A program made the translations under genes and the position numbers. Positions 13,365 to 22,578 of a stretch of DNA of 64,000 bases are shown one piece after another; the first letter of the stretch is position 1; each line of letters starts with the position of its first letter. Under the pieces are notes generated by a model. The model did no database searches, was not told the DNA's origin, and saw only the letters and a list, made by a program, of their open reading frames with translations. This DNA is from Terriglobia bacterium (GTDB lineage: Bacteria > Acidobacteriota > Polarisedimenticolia > Polarisedimenticolales > JAIQFR01), in the NCBI GenBank assembly GCA_963748015.1, contig CAVVHE010000008.1, positions 768,001 through 832,000 of the forward strand, given 5' to 3'.

Positions 13365-13418
13365 GTCTTGACCGTGCGAGGTCTTGACCGTACGTCCTGA
13401 CCGTACGTTGACTCCTAC
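13365..13418. repeat. Four imperfect tandem 13-mers (GTCTTGACCGTAC-like)
   Basis: gtcttgaccgtgc, gtcttgaccgtac, gtcctgaccgtac, gttgactcctac in intergenic DNA. Confidence 0.7.
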
Positions 13419-13677
13419 AATCGACAGGAGTACGGTGACGAGCGAGGGTCGCGACGCGAGTCCCCCGATGACACCGACGAGGTGACCGCCGGCGGTCGGC
13501 AGGCCCGCGGGCAACGCGAAACGACGGGATAGCGCCCTCCACGAAGGGTGGTCGCGGTCCTCCCGGGTGAACGAGATCGCCGACACCTCATCCGCCAGCG
13601 ACGCGGGGGTGAGCCAACTTGCCCCGCGACGCGCGCAACGCGCGGTATGTGCCACGCGGTCTCGAGGGGGCGGCATC

Positions 13678-16600
13678 ATGAACAGGAAATTCGCCTGGCC
13701 GGTCCGGCCGGCGAGGGGATGGTGTGCCCGATCGCTCGTCGCCGCCGCGTGCGTTCTCGTCGCGCTCTCCGGGACGACGATCGCACCCGCCACCGAGAAG
13801 TGCGGGGACATCACCCAAGACGAGGTCTGGACAAAGGCGGGAAGCCCGTACGTGCTGACGTGCTCCGTCACGATGTACGGGGCCAACCTGACGATCGAGC
13901 CGGGGGTCGAGGTGCGGGGACGCCCGGGCACCTACTTGGAGTCGGCCATGGGGAACCTGGTGGCTGACGGCACGGCCGCCGAACCGATCGTCTTCACCGC
14001 GGACTCCGCGAATCCGCAACCGGGAAGCTGGGGGGGCTTCGCACTCGCAACCCCGTTGTTACAACGACCTGGATCCGCCACGCGACCATTCGTTATGCGG
14101 GATCGGGCATCTACCTCGAGGAAATGGCGCAGCTCACGATGGAGCACGTTTCCATCTCGGACTGTTCTAGCTCCGGCATCTCGACCAACACGTACTCGGC
14201 CCAGCTGACGCTGAGAGACGTGGACATCCGGCGGTGCGCCGCCGGCGTGAACCTGCATCAGCTATTTTATGGCACGCCAGCATCCGTGTTCCGGGCATCG
14301 AAGTGCAGCTTCGTCGAGAATCAGAGCTACGGCCTCCTGGTCCAAACCGACGGTGCTCCGGAAATCGCCGACTTCGACGTGGTGCTGACCGCGAGCTCGA
14401 TCCACTCCAACGGCCTCTACGACGTGTACCTCGATCCGTTCAGCCACCCGGACACGACCGTCGTCTGGGCCCCCGACAACTGGTGGGGCACGACGGATCC
14501 CGCGCAGATTCGTGCGCACGTTTACGATCGCGAGGACAGTCCCACGGCGGGCAGGTTGGTCTTCGCGCCATTCGGCGCGGACGGCGTGCCGGCGATCCGA
14601 GGTGATCGAGACGGGGACGGCGTGCCCGACGTGCACGACAATTGCCCGCTGACGGCCAACCCGTCGCAAGACGACGCGGACGGGGACAGGATGGGGGACG
14701 CCTGTGACCCCAGTCCCTCGGTACCGCCGACCGGAATGTGCGACGGGGTCAACGACGTCGCGGACACCTATGCGGACTCCGACGGCGACGGGTGGGGCGA
14801 CCCGTGCGATCTCGATCCGGCGTGGAGCGCGACGTATCCGGGAGCACCGGAGGTCTGCGACGGCCGCGACAACGACGGCGATCTCGTGTTCGCGCCGGGA
14901 GAGTTGTCCGACTCCGACGCCGACAACGCCCTGACGTGCGGCGATTGCAGCGACACAAACCCTCTGATCCACCCAGGAGCTGTGGAGATCTGTAACGGAG
15001 TCGATGACAACTGCAACGGGACCGTCGATGAGAGCTTTCCTGACCTTGACGGGGACGGGATCAAGGACTGCGTGGACAATTGCGCGGGAATCCAGAACCC
15101 CGATCAGACCGACCACGACGACGACGGGAGCGGCGACGCCTGCGACGTCTGCACTGACACCGATGGTGACGGTTTCGGCGACCCGGGCTTCCCGCTCAAC
15201 ACCTGCCCGACCGACAACTGCCCGACCGTTTCCAACCCGACGCAGGCCGACGCGGACGGCGATGGGATCGGCGATGCTTGCGACGCGTGCTCGGACGCCG
15301 ACGGCGACGGCTTCGGTTACCCGACCCTACCGGCCAGCACCTGCCCGCCGGACAACTGCCCCGCGGTCGCGAACCCGACGCAGGCGGACGCGGACCTCGA
15401 TGGGATCGGCGACGCCTGCGATAACTGCCCCACCATTGCGAACCCGACCCAGACCGATTCCGACGGCGATGGCCAAGGCAATGCGTGCGACAACTGCCCA
15501 CTGTATCCGACCCCGAATCAACCTGACGGAGACGGCGACGGCCGCGGCGATGCGTGCGACAACTGCCCACTCGTGGCCAACCCGAATCAACGGGACAGTG
15601 ATCACGATGGGATGGGCGATGCCTGCGATCCGATCCCACAGGGATTCGCCCTTCATTTCGATGGTGTGAACGACTGGGTCAGCCTGCCTGTGACGCAGGA
15701 CCTGCAATTGGTGCGGACGGACTTCACGATCGAGGCGTGGGTGTATCGCGAGCCGGGGAGCTATGGAAGCGTCCTGTCCGGAGGCGCAATGCCGCCATGC
15801 TCATTCCAACTCGGCGTCGCGTCCGACGGCCGTATCGACGCCACGGTATTCTCGCTTTCGCCCTACGTCCATGTCCTTTCGAACACGGCTGCGCCCGCGG
15901 GCTCCTGGCATCACATCGCCATGGTTCGCGCCGGAACTACGCTCTCGGTGTATTTCGACGGAGCATTCGACAGCAGCGGGACGAACCCGAGCGTCACGTA
16001 CAACTGCTCCGTGGACGAGATTCGCATCGGGAGATGGCAACAAGGCTCCGCCTCCTATCATGGCACGATCGACGAACTGAGGGTCTGGAACCAGCCGCGA
16101 TCGGAGGAGCAGCTTCGCGAGCTCATGCACTGCCCGTTGTTGGGCACGGAGCCTGGCCTTGTGGCGTACTGGACCTTCGATGACGGCGACGGGCAGACCC
16201 TTCTCGACCGCACCGGGAGAGGGAACAACGGGCGCCTTGGGAACTCGACCGCAACCGATGCTGAAGATCCGCAGTGGATCATGTCCTACGCACCCGTTGA
16301 TCAGGACCAGGACGAAGATGGTGTCGTCGATTTCCTCGACAACTGCCCATCGATTCCGAATCCGGATCAAATGGACACCGACGGCGACGGAACCGGCAAC
16401 GCCTGCGACACCTGCACCGACACCGACCGCGACGGCTTCGGCGACCCGGGTTTCCCGATCAACACCTGTTCGACCGACAACTGCCCCGGCATCGCCAACG
16501 GGGACCAGCTCGATGCGGACGGCGACGGCCTCGGCGACCTGTGCGACGCTTGCTCGGACGCGGACGGCGACGGCCTCGGCTACCCGACCGTGCCGGCCAG

Positions 16601-17078
16601 CACTTGCCCGCCCGACAATTGCCCCACCGTCCCGAACCCGACCCAGGCCGATACGGATGGTGATGAGGTCGGCGACGCTTGCGACAATTGCCTGCTCGAG
16701 GAGAACTCCGCCCAGTCCGATTTGGACCACGACGGGACGGGGGACGCGTGCGACCTCGACGACGGGCTGATCTTCGTTCGGGCTCCCGATACGGGTCACG
16801 TCTCGTGGGATCAGGAGATCGGCCCCACGTCGTGGAACGTCTACGAGGGCGACCTCGACGTGCTGAGGACGACGGGCGCGTACACGCAGGTCCCGGGGAG
16901 CAACCCGCTCGCCGATCGCCACTGCGGCCTGCTCGTCGCGAACGTCGACGATCCGGTCGTCCCGGCGGCGGGAAAGGTGAAGTTCGTCCTGGTGACCGGC
17001 ATGCAGGACGGAACGGAGTGGAGCCTGGGAACGGACTGGTCGGGGGTGCCGAGGCCGAACACCGCTCCCTGCCCTTGA
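13678..17078 (+). CDS. Large secreted protein: beta-helix-like N-terminus, thrombospondin type-3/Ca-binding repeats, LamG domain; frameshift in the G7 run at 14030-14036
   Basis: Signal peptide; many DNCPxxxNPxQxDxDGDGxGDACD repeats; [12 protein letters not shown]; LamG motifs [24 protein letters not shown]; adding one G joins ORFs 13567..14208 and 14124..17078. Confidence 0.85.
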
Positions 17079-17111
17079 CGCCGGAGCGGACTTCGCGAGG
17101 CGCCGCCGGGA

Positions 17112-17963
17112 TCACGCCCCGCGGTGCATCCGCTCCATGCGCCGCGTGACCGCGCGCGCGATGAGGGAAAGTCCCGTCACGACGCCGACGAGGACCAGGG
17201 CGCCGGCCCACGCCTGCCGGTGCCAGTCGTCGTAGGGGGAGATCGCGTACGTGTAGACCTGCACGGGCAGCGAGGCCATCGGTTGGGTCAGGTCGGTGGA
17301 CCAGAAGCGGTTGCCGAAAGCGGTGAACAGCAGCGGGGCCGTTTCCCCGGAGATGCGCGCCAGCGCGACGAGAATCCCGGTCATGACCCCCGGCAGCGCC
17401 GCCGGGAGAACGACGGTGAACAGGGCGCGCGCCCTCGTCGCGCCGAGGGCCAGCGCGCCGTCCCGGTACCCTTGCGGCACGAGCAGCATCAGCTCCTCGG
17501 TCGTGCGGGCCACGATCGGGATCATCATCACGCCGAGGGCGAAGCCGCCGGCGAGTGCCGAGAACTGCCGCACCGGAAGGACGACGAGCCCGTAGGCGAA
17601 GATGCCAATCACGATGGACGGGACGCCGTTCAGCACGTCCGCGGCGAACCGCACCGCGAGGGAGAAGCGGGTCCGGCCGTACTCCGCGAGGTGGATCCCC
17701 GCCAGCACGCCGACCGGCACCGCCAGCGAGGCGGCGAGCGCGATCAAGATCAGGGTGCCGACGATCGCGTTCGCCATGCCCCCGCCCTTCTCCCCGACCG
17801 GCACGGGCATCCGGGTGAAGAAATCGAGCGAGAGAGACGAGAGCCCTTGCCGGAGCACATAGAAGAGAACCAAGGCGAGCGGAACCAGCGCGGCCACCAC
17901 CGAAAGAGCGCACAGGCCCACGAAGATCTTCGAGACGATTTGCCTCCGCGCCGCGCGACTCAT
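17112..17963 (-). CDS. pstA: Phosphate ABC transporter permease PstA
   Basis: GGMANAIVGT, GVPSIVIG, ALALGAT, ARISGETAPLL; ATGA overlap with pstC. Confidence 0.96.
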   Translation of the reverse strand: MSRAARRQIVSKIFVGLCALSVVAALVPLALVLFYVLRQGLSSLSLDFFTRMPVPVGEKGGGMANAIVGTLILIALAASLAVPVGVLAGIHLAEYGRTRFSLAVRFAADVLNGVPSIVIGIFAYGLVVLPVRQFSALAGGFALGVMMIPIVARTTEELMLLVPQGYRDGALALGATRARALFTVVLPAALPGVMTGILVALARISGETAPLLFTAFGNRFWSTDLTQPMASLPVQVYTYAISPYDDWHRQAWAGALVLVGVVTGLSLIARAVTRRMERMHRGA

Positions 17964-18922
17964 GCGGCGCTCCGGGAAGCGGCGGGGGCGGCGGGCCGCC
18001 GGGCGGCCTTCCGCCTCTGCTTCGCGTCCATGCCGTAGATGAGGAGCCGCGAGAGGGCGTTGATGGCGAGCGTGATCAGGAAGAGCACGAGACCGATCTC
18101 GACCAGCGCGTGGAGGTAGAGGTCGTCCGCGGCCTCGGTGAATTCGTTGGCGATGACGGCCGCCATCGTGTATTGCGGGGCGAACAGCGACGCCGAGACC
18201 TGCGGGTTGTTGCCGATCACCATGGTGACCGCCATCGTCTCGCCGAGAGCCCGCCCGAGGCCGAGCATCACCGCGCCGACGATTCCGGTGCGTGCGTAGA
18301 ACAGCGCCGCCCGGATCGCCTCGAAGCGGGTCGCCCCGAGAGCGTAGGCGCCTTCCCGCTGCGCCATCGGCACCGCCTTCAAGATCTCTCGCGCGACCGA
18401 CGAGGTGAACGGCAGCATCATGATCGCCAGGATCAGGACCGCGGAGCCCATACCGACGCCGAGCGGCGGGCCCTCGAACAGCGGGAGCTGACGGAGCCAA
18501 GCCGGCGCCAGCAGCTGGAGCTTCCTCACCGCCGGCACCAGGACGAAGATTCCCCAGAGGCCGTAAACGATGGACGGCACGGCCGCGAGCAGCTCCGTGA
18601 GAAACGCCAGCGGCCGGCGCAGCCGCTTCGGCGCCAGATCCGAGAGGAAAACGGCTATGCCGAGCGCCACCGGGGTCGAGATGAGCAGCGCGAGGAACGA
18701 CGAGTAGAGCGTGCCCCAGATGAACGGCAGCGCCCCGAAGTTCCCCTCCACGGGATTCCAGGTGCTGGAAGTCCAGAACCCGAGCCCGAACTTTCGGATC
18801 GCCAGGTGAGAGGTGCGGGCCAGTTCGAAGCCGATCCCCACGACGAGGAGGAGCACTACGAGGGCGAAGATCCCCGTGCCCAGCTTCAGGAGCCTGTCGT
18901 CGCCGGAACCGGTCCTGGCCAA
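17960..18922 (-). CDS. pstC: Phosphate ABC transporter permease PstC
   Basis: ELLAAVPSIVYGLWG, GLGRALGETMAVTMVIGN. Confidence 0.96.
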   Translation of the reverse strand: MARTGSGDDRLLKLGTGIFALVVLLLVVGIGFELARTSHLAIRKFGLGFWTSSTWNPVEGNFGALPFIWGTLYSSFLALLISTPVALGIAVFLSDLAPKRLRRPLAFLTELLAAVPSIVYGLWGIFVLVPAVRKLQLLAPAWLRQLPLFEGPPLGVGMGSAVLILAIMMLPFTSSVAREILKAVPMAQREGAYALGATRFEAIRAALFYARTGIVGAVMLGLGRALGETMAVTMVIGNNPQVSASLFAPQYTMAAVIANEFTEAADDLYLHALVEIGLVLFLITLAINALSRLLIYGMDAKQRRKAARRPAAPAASRSAA

Positions 18923-18983
18923 ACCGACCTCCCCGGGGCGGGCGCGGCGGTCCGGCGTCGCGCCCAGCCCCGAAACGTTGGAG

Positions 18984-20006
18984 CTACAGCTTGATCTTCC
19001 GGACCGACTCGAGGGCCATGTCGCTGACCGCCTTCGGGAGCGGCGCGTAGCCCAGGTCCTTCGCGGACTGCTGCCCGTCGGTGAGGGCCCAGCGAACGAA
19101 GTCCGCCATGATCGTGGCGACCCTCTTGTCCTTCGGGCTCTGGTAGAACAGGAGCCAGGTGAACGAGGAGATCGGGTAGACCCCCTTGCCGGGTGCGTTG
19201 GTGATGGACACGCGGAAGTCCTTCGGCATCTCCGTTGCCGCCGCGGCCGCCGCGGCCGTCACCGCATCCGGCGATCCCTTTACGAACTCCCCGTTCATGT
19301 TCTGCACGGCGCCGTAAGAGATGCCGGTCTGCACCGCGTAGATCAGCTCCACGTAGCCGATCGCTCCCGGGGTCTGCTTCACGAGGCCGGCGACCCCCTC
19401 GTTTCCCTTGCCGCCGACTCCCACGGGCCAGGAAACCGAGGTATTCACGCCCACCCGCTTCTTCCACTCCGGGGAGACCTTCGCGAGGAAATCGCAGAAG
19501 ATGTAGCTGGTCCCGGAGCCGTCCGACCTGTGAGCCACTGTGATGTCCACGGCGGGGAGCTTCGCGCCCGGGTTGTCCTTCAGGATCGCCGGATCGTTCC
19601 ACTTGGTGATCTTCCCGAGAAAGATGTCCGCGAGCACGGTCCCGCTGAACCGGATCTCGCTCGCACCCTCGACGTTGTAAACGGGCACGACCGCGCCGAG
19701 CACGGTCGGCACGTGGAGCACCCGGTCGGGGGCGGCGAGGAGCTGCTCCTCGGTCATCGGCCCGTCGGTGGCGCCGAAGAACACCGTGCGGTTGGTGAAC
19801 TGCCGGATCCCGCCGCCCGATCCGATGGACTGGTAGTTGATCTGCACCTCGGGGTGCAGCTTGTTGTAGTCGGAGAACCACTTGGAATAGATCGGGTACG
19901 GGAACGTCGCGCCGGCACCGTTGATCTGGACGGTTTGCGCCGCCGCCGGCGCCGCCGCGAGGGCCACGACCAGCAGGCCGGCCGCAGCGATCTTCAGGGT
20001 CTTCAT
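18984..20006 (-). CDS. pstS: Phosphate-binding protein PstS
   Basis: GAGATFPYP, YQSIGSGGG, HRSDGSGTS, GKGNEGV. Confidence 0.97.
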   Translation of the reverse strand: MKTLKIAAAGLLVVALAAAPAAAQTVQINGAGATFPYPIYSKWFSDYNKLHPEVQINYQSIGSGGGIRQFTNRTVFFGATDGPMTEEQLLAAPDRVLHVPTVLGAVVPVYNVEGASEIRFSGTVLADIFLGKITKWNDPAILKDNPGAKLPAVDITVAHRSDGSGTSYIFCDFLAKVSPEWKKRVGVNTSVSWPVGVGGKGNEGVAGLVKQTPGAIGYVELIYAVQTGISYGAVQNMNGEFVKGSPDAVTAAAAAAATEMPKDFRVSITNAPGKGVYPISSFTWLLFYQSPKDKRVATIMADFVRWALTDGQQSAKDLGYAPLPKAVSDMALESVRKIKL

Positions 20007-20086
20007 CGGGTCACCTCTCTCTCGATCGAGTCCTTGATTCGGGTCCCGCGCGGCCCGTGGGGCGGCCGCCGGATGGGCACAAGTCG

Positions 20087-21196
20087 CTAGAACGTGAACT
20101 GCGCGTGCAGGATGTACTTCTTGTCGTCCGGCTTGGCCGTCGTGTACTGGTCGTACTCGACGCCATCATAGTCGAGCATGACGGCCGTCGTGACGCCCTT
20201 CTGGACCGGGAGCCAGTACGCGATCCCGACGATGGTCCGTTTGTTGCTCGCTTCCGGACCGTTCGCGGGGAGCTTGACGTCGTCGTAGCGGAGCAGAGCC
20301 TCGAAGCCCTTGCCGAATTTCGGGGTCGCCCAGGCCGACCAGCCCTTCGAGTCGTACTCGGTCGCGGTGGAGGTCGCCTTGTCCGTCGCGTCCAGGTACT
20401 CGAAGCCGACGTTGATCCGGTCGTGCTCGAACGTGAGGAGGCCGACCGCCCGCTCGCGCTTTCCGCCCTGGACCGGCTTGTCGCTGAGGAGGAACCCCGC
20501 GACACGGAGTCCCTTCACGACCGGTGTCATCGGCGCCGGCCGCACGCTGACCCGGATCTCCGTCGCCTTCTGGCCGTTGATCTCAGGGGTCTCGTAGCCT
20601 TCGCCGTTGTAGTAGCCGACGTGCACGTCGCCGTAGTTCTTGGGGAAGGCGAACCGCGCGGTCAGGCCGGCGTCCGCCGAGGAGAGGAACTTCTCCCGGT
20701 CCGGCATGCCCTTACCCTGGAACCGGTACCGGTAGATCGAGTCGGCGTAATCCACGTAGGGAGTCTGCTGCGCGCCGAGCTTGACCCACGACCCTTTCGG
20801 AAGCCAGTCGTCGAGGCTGAGCTGGCCGTAGGCGTACTTGAGGCGGAACACGTAGTTCCCCGCGAGGTCGGTTCCCGTCGCCTTCGTCTCCTGCTTGATG
20901 TCCGGCGTGACGCGGTAAGAGATCAGGTGAGAGATGTTGCCGGTGACGTTGATGTACGCGCGGGTGACATTGAACGAGTTGGGGTTGTACTTGTCGGGGT
21001 CCGTCCCCGCCTCGGGCGAGCTCTGGTAGGTGTAGTCGGCGAAGATCACTCCCCCCACCTTCACGGAGGGGGTGTCATCGGGCGGCGTCGAGCCCGCCGC
21101 AGGGGTCACCTGCGCGAGCGTGGACGGGCCCATGGCCACCGCGCCGCAAAGCGCCAAGGCCACGATCGTTACCCTCAAGGGACTCCAGGATGACAT
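20087..21196 (-). CDS. Outer-membrane porin, probably phosphate-selective
   Basis: Signal peptide, alternating beta-strand pattern, terminal aromatic (AQFTF), first gene of the pst operon; RBS AAGGAGG. Confidence 0.75.
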   Translation of the reverse strand: MSSWSPLRVTIVALALCGAVAMGPSTLAQVTPAAGSTPPDDTPSVKVGGVIFADYTYQSSPEAGTDPDKYNPNSFNVTRAYINVTGNISHLISYRVTPDIKQETKATGTDLAGNYVFRLKYAYGQLSLDDWLPKGSWVKLGAQQTPYVDYADSIYRYRFQGKGMPDREKFLSSADAGLTARFAFPKNYGDVHVGYYNGEGYETPEINGQKATEIRVSVRPAPMTPVVKGLRVAGFLLSDKPVQGGKRERAVGLLTFEHDRINVGFEYLDATDKATSTATEYDSKGWSAWATPKFGKGFEALLRYDDVKLPANGPEASNKRTIVGIAYWLPVQKGVTTAVMLDYDGVEYDQYTTAKPDDKKYILHAQFTF

Positions 21197-21224
21197 CTCG
21201 ATGGTTCCTCCTTTCGGGCACAGT

Positions 21225-21277
21225 TGTAACGAGTCCGTGAAAACGGGGTGCGACGCGAACGTAAATTCGGTGTGAAC
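21225..21277 (-). promoter_or_regulatory. Putative Pho boxes
   Basis: Two pairs of direct repeats with 11-bp period on the minus strand (TTCACA/TTTACG and TTCACG/GTTACA) upstream of porin-pstSCA. Confidence 0.6.
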
Positions 21278-21401
21278 TCGTATTGGTGGCCGGGCGCCGT
21301 CCGGCCGCGGTCGTCATGTGGGGAGTAGGATACGGGGCGTGGGCAAGGCAAACATGACGGAGGCGACCATGATCGGAAGATCGAGCGAGGGGACCGGACC
21401 A

Positions 21402-22481
21402 ATGGAGCTTACGAGGGGCTGGCTGCCGGCCGTCCTGATGCCGTGCGTACTGCTCGCCGGAGCAGGAATCGCTTGGGCCGCGGAGGGCGGGAAGCCCGAA
21501 GCGGCGCCACCGGCCGCGGCGGCGGGGGAGGTGACGGCCGTCGCGCTGCCCGGCGCTCCTGCGGAGGGCGTCATGCTCGATTACCTCGCCTCCGACCGCG
21601 TCCGTCACCGGGTATGGGTTCCCGCGGGCGGCACCGGTAACGCGATCGTGATCGACACGAAGTCGCTCGAGGTCCGCAAGGTGGAGAACTTCCCCACCAA
21701 GGAGGTCGAGCGCCGGGGCCAGAAGCGCAAGATCGGACCGACCGCCGCGTCGGTCGGTGACGGCGTCGTCTACATCGGCGACCGGGCCGACTCCAGCGTG
21801 TGCGCGGTGGATGCCTCGACACTCGAGCGCGGCGGTTGCGTGACCCTGCCGAGCGGCATCGACGGCGTCTGCTTCGTGGGGAAGAAGAAGGAAGTGTGGG
21901 TTTCCATGCCTGGCGAAAACGCGCTCGTCGTCCTGGACGTCTCGGCGCCCAAGGCGCCGAAGATCTCCGACACGCTCAAGTTCGAGGGGGGGCCCGAGGG
22001 GTACTCGGTGGACGAGGCCCACGGCTTCTTCTACACCAACCTCGAGGACAAGGACCGGACCCTCCGGATCGACGTCGCGACCCGCAAGGTCGTTGCGACC
22101 TGGAACCCCGCGTGCGGAGAGGAGGGGCCGAGGGGGCTCGTGATCGAGCCTTCCGGCCGGTTCCTCATGGTCGCCTGCACCGACCACGTCGAGGTGCTCG
22201 ACACGGCGAAGGACGGCCAGATCCTGTCGAAGCTCGACACGGGGAAAGGGGTGGACAACCTCGACTATCTCCCTGGCAAGCGACTGCTCTACGTTGCGGC
22301 GGGCGGCGCGGCGACGCTGACGATCGCCCACCTCGACGAGAAGGGCACGCTCACGAGCACCGCCGTGGTGCCGACGGCCAGTGGCGCCCGGAACGCGGTC
22401 GTGGCCGAGGACGGCACCGCTTTCGTCGCGGTCGGCCGCGAGGGGAAAATCCTCGTCGTCAAGCCCGCGAAGAGCAAGTAA
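21402..22481 (+). CDS. YncE/YVTN-type beta-propeller exported protein
   Basis: Signal peptide; LDYLASD, GFFYTNLEDKDRTLRID, GKGVDNLDY, GARNAVV repeats; start approximate. Confidence 0.85.
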   Translation: MELTRGWLPAVLMPCVLLAGAGIAWAAEGGKPEAAPPAAAAGEVTAVALPGAPAEGVMLDYLASDRVRHRVWVPAGGTGNAIVIDTKSLEVRKVENFPTKEVERRGQKRKIGPTAASVGDGVVYIGDRADSSVCAVDASTLERGGCVTLPSGIDGVCFVGKKKEVWVSMPGENALVVLDVSAPKAPKISDTLKFEGGPEGYSVDEAHGFFYTNLEDKDRTLRIDVATRKVVATWNPACGEEGPRGLVIEPSGRFLMVACTDHVEVLDTAKDGQILSKLDTGKGVDNLDYLPGKRLLYVAAGGAATLTIAHLDEKGTLTSTAVVPTASGARNAVVAEDGTAFVAVGREGKILVVKPAKSK

Positions 22482-22490
22482 CGGCGATAG

Positions 22491-22577
22491 AGCCGCTTCA
22501 AAGTCGAGATCGCGACCGGAAAAACCAAGGTCGAGATGTCCATCGATCCGACCGGCAAGGTGATATCGGGGAAGTAG
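22491..22577 (+). pseudogene. Possible gene remnant (PepSY-like C-terminus)
   Basis: Startless frame SRFKVEIATGKTKVEMSIDPTGKVISGK* fills the gap between convergent genes. Confidence 0.4.
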
Positions 22578-22578
22578 C

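Noticed and set aside
13365..13418. Mini-CRISPR
   Set aside because: Units are 13 bp and nearly adjacent, with no spacers
13480..13560. Possible c-di-GMP riboswitch (GGGCAA...GAAA)
   Set aside because: Lacks the second-stem GCAAA element and the required pairing
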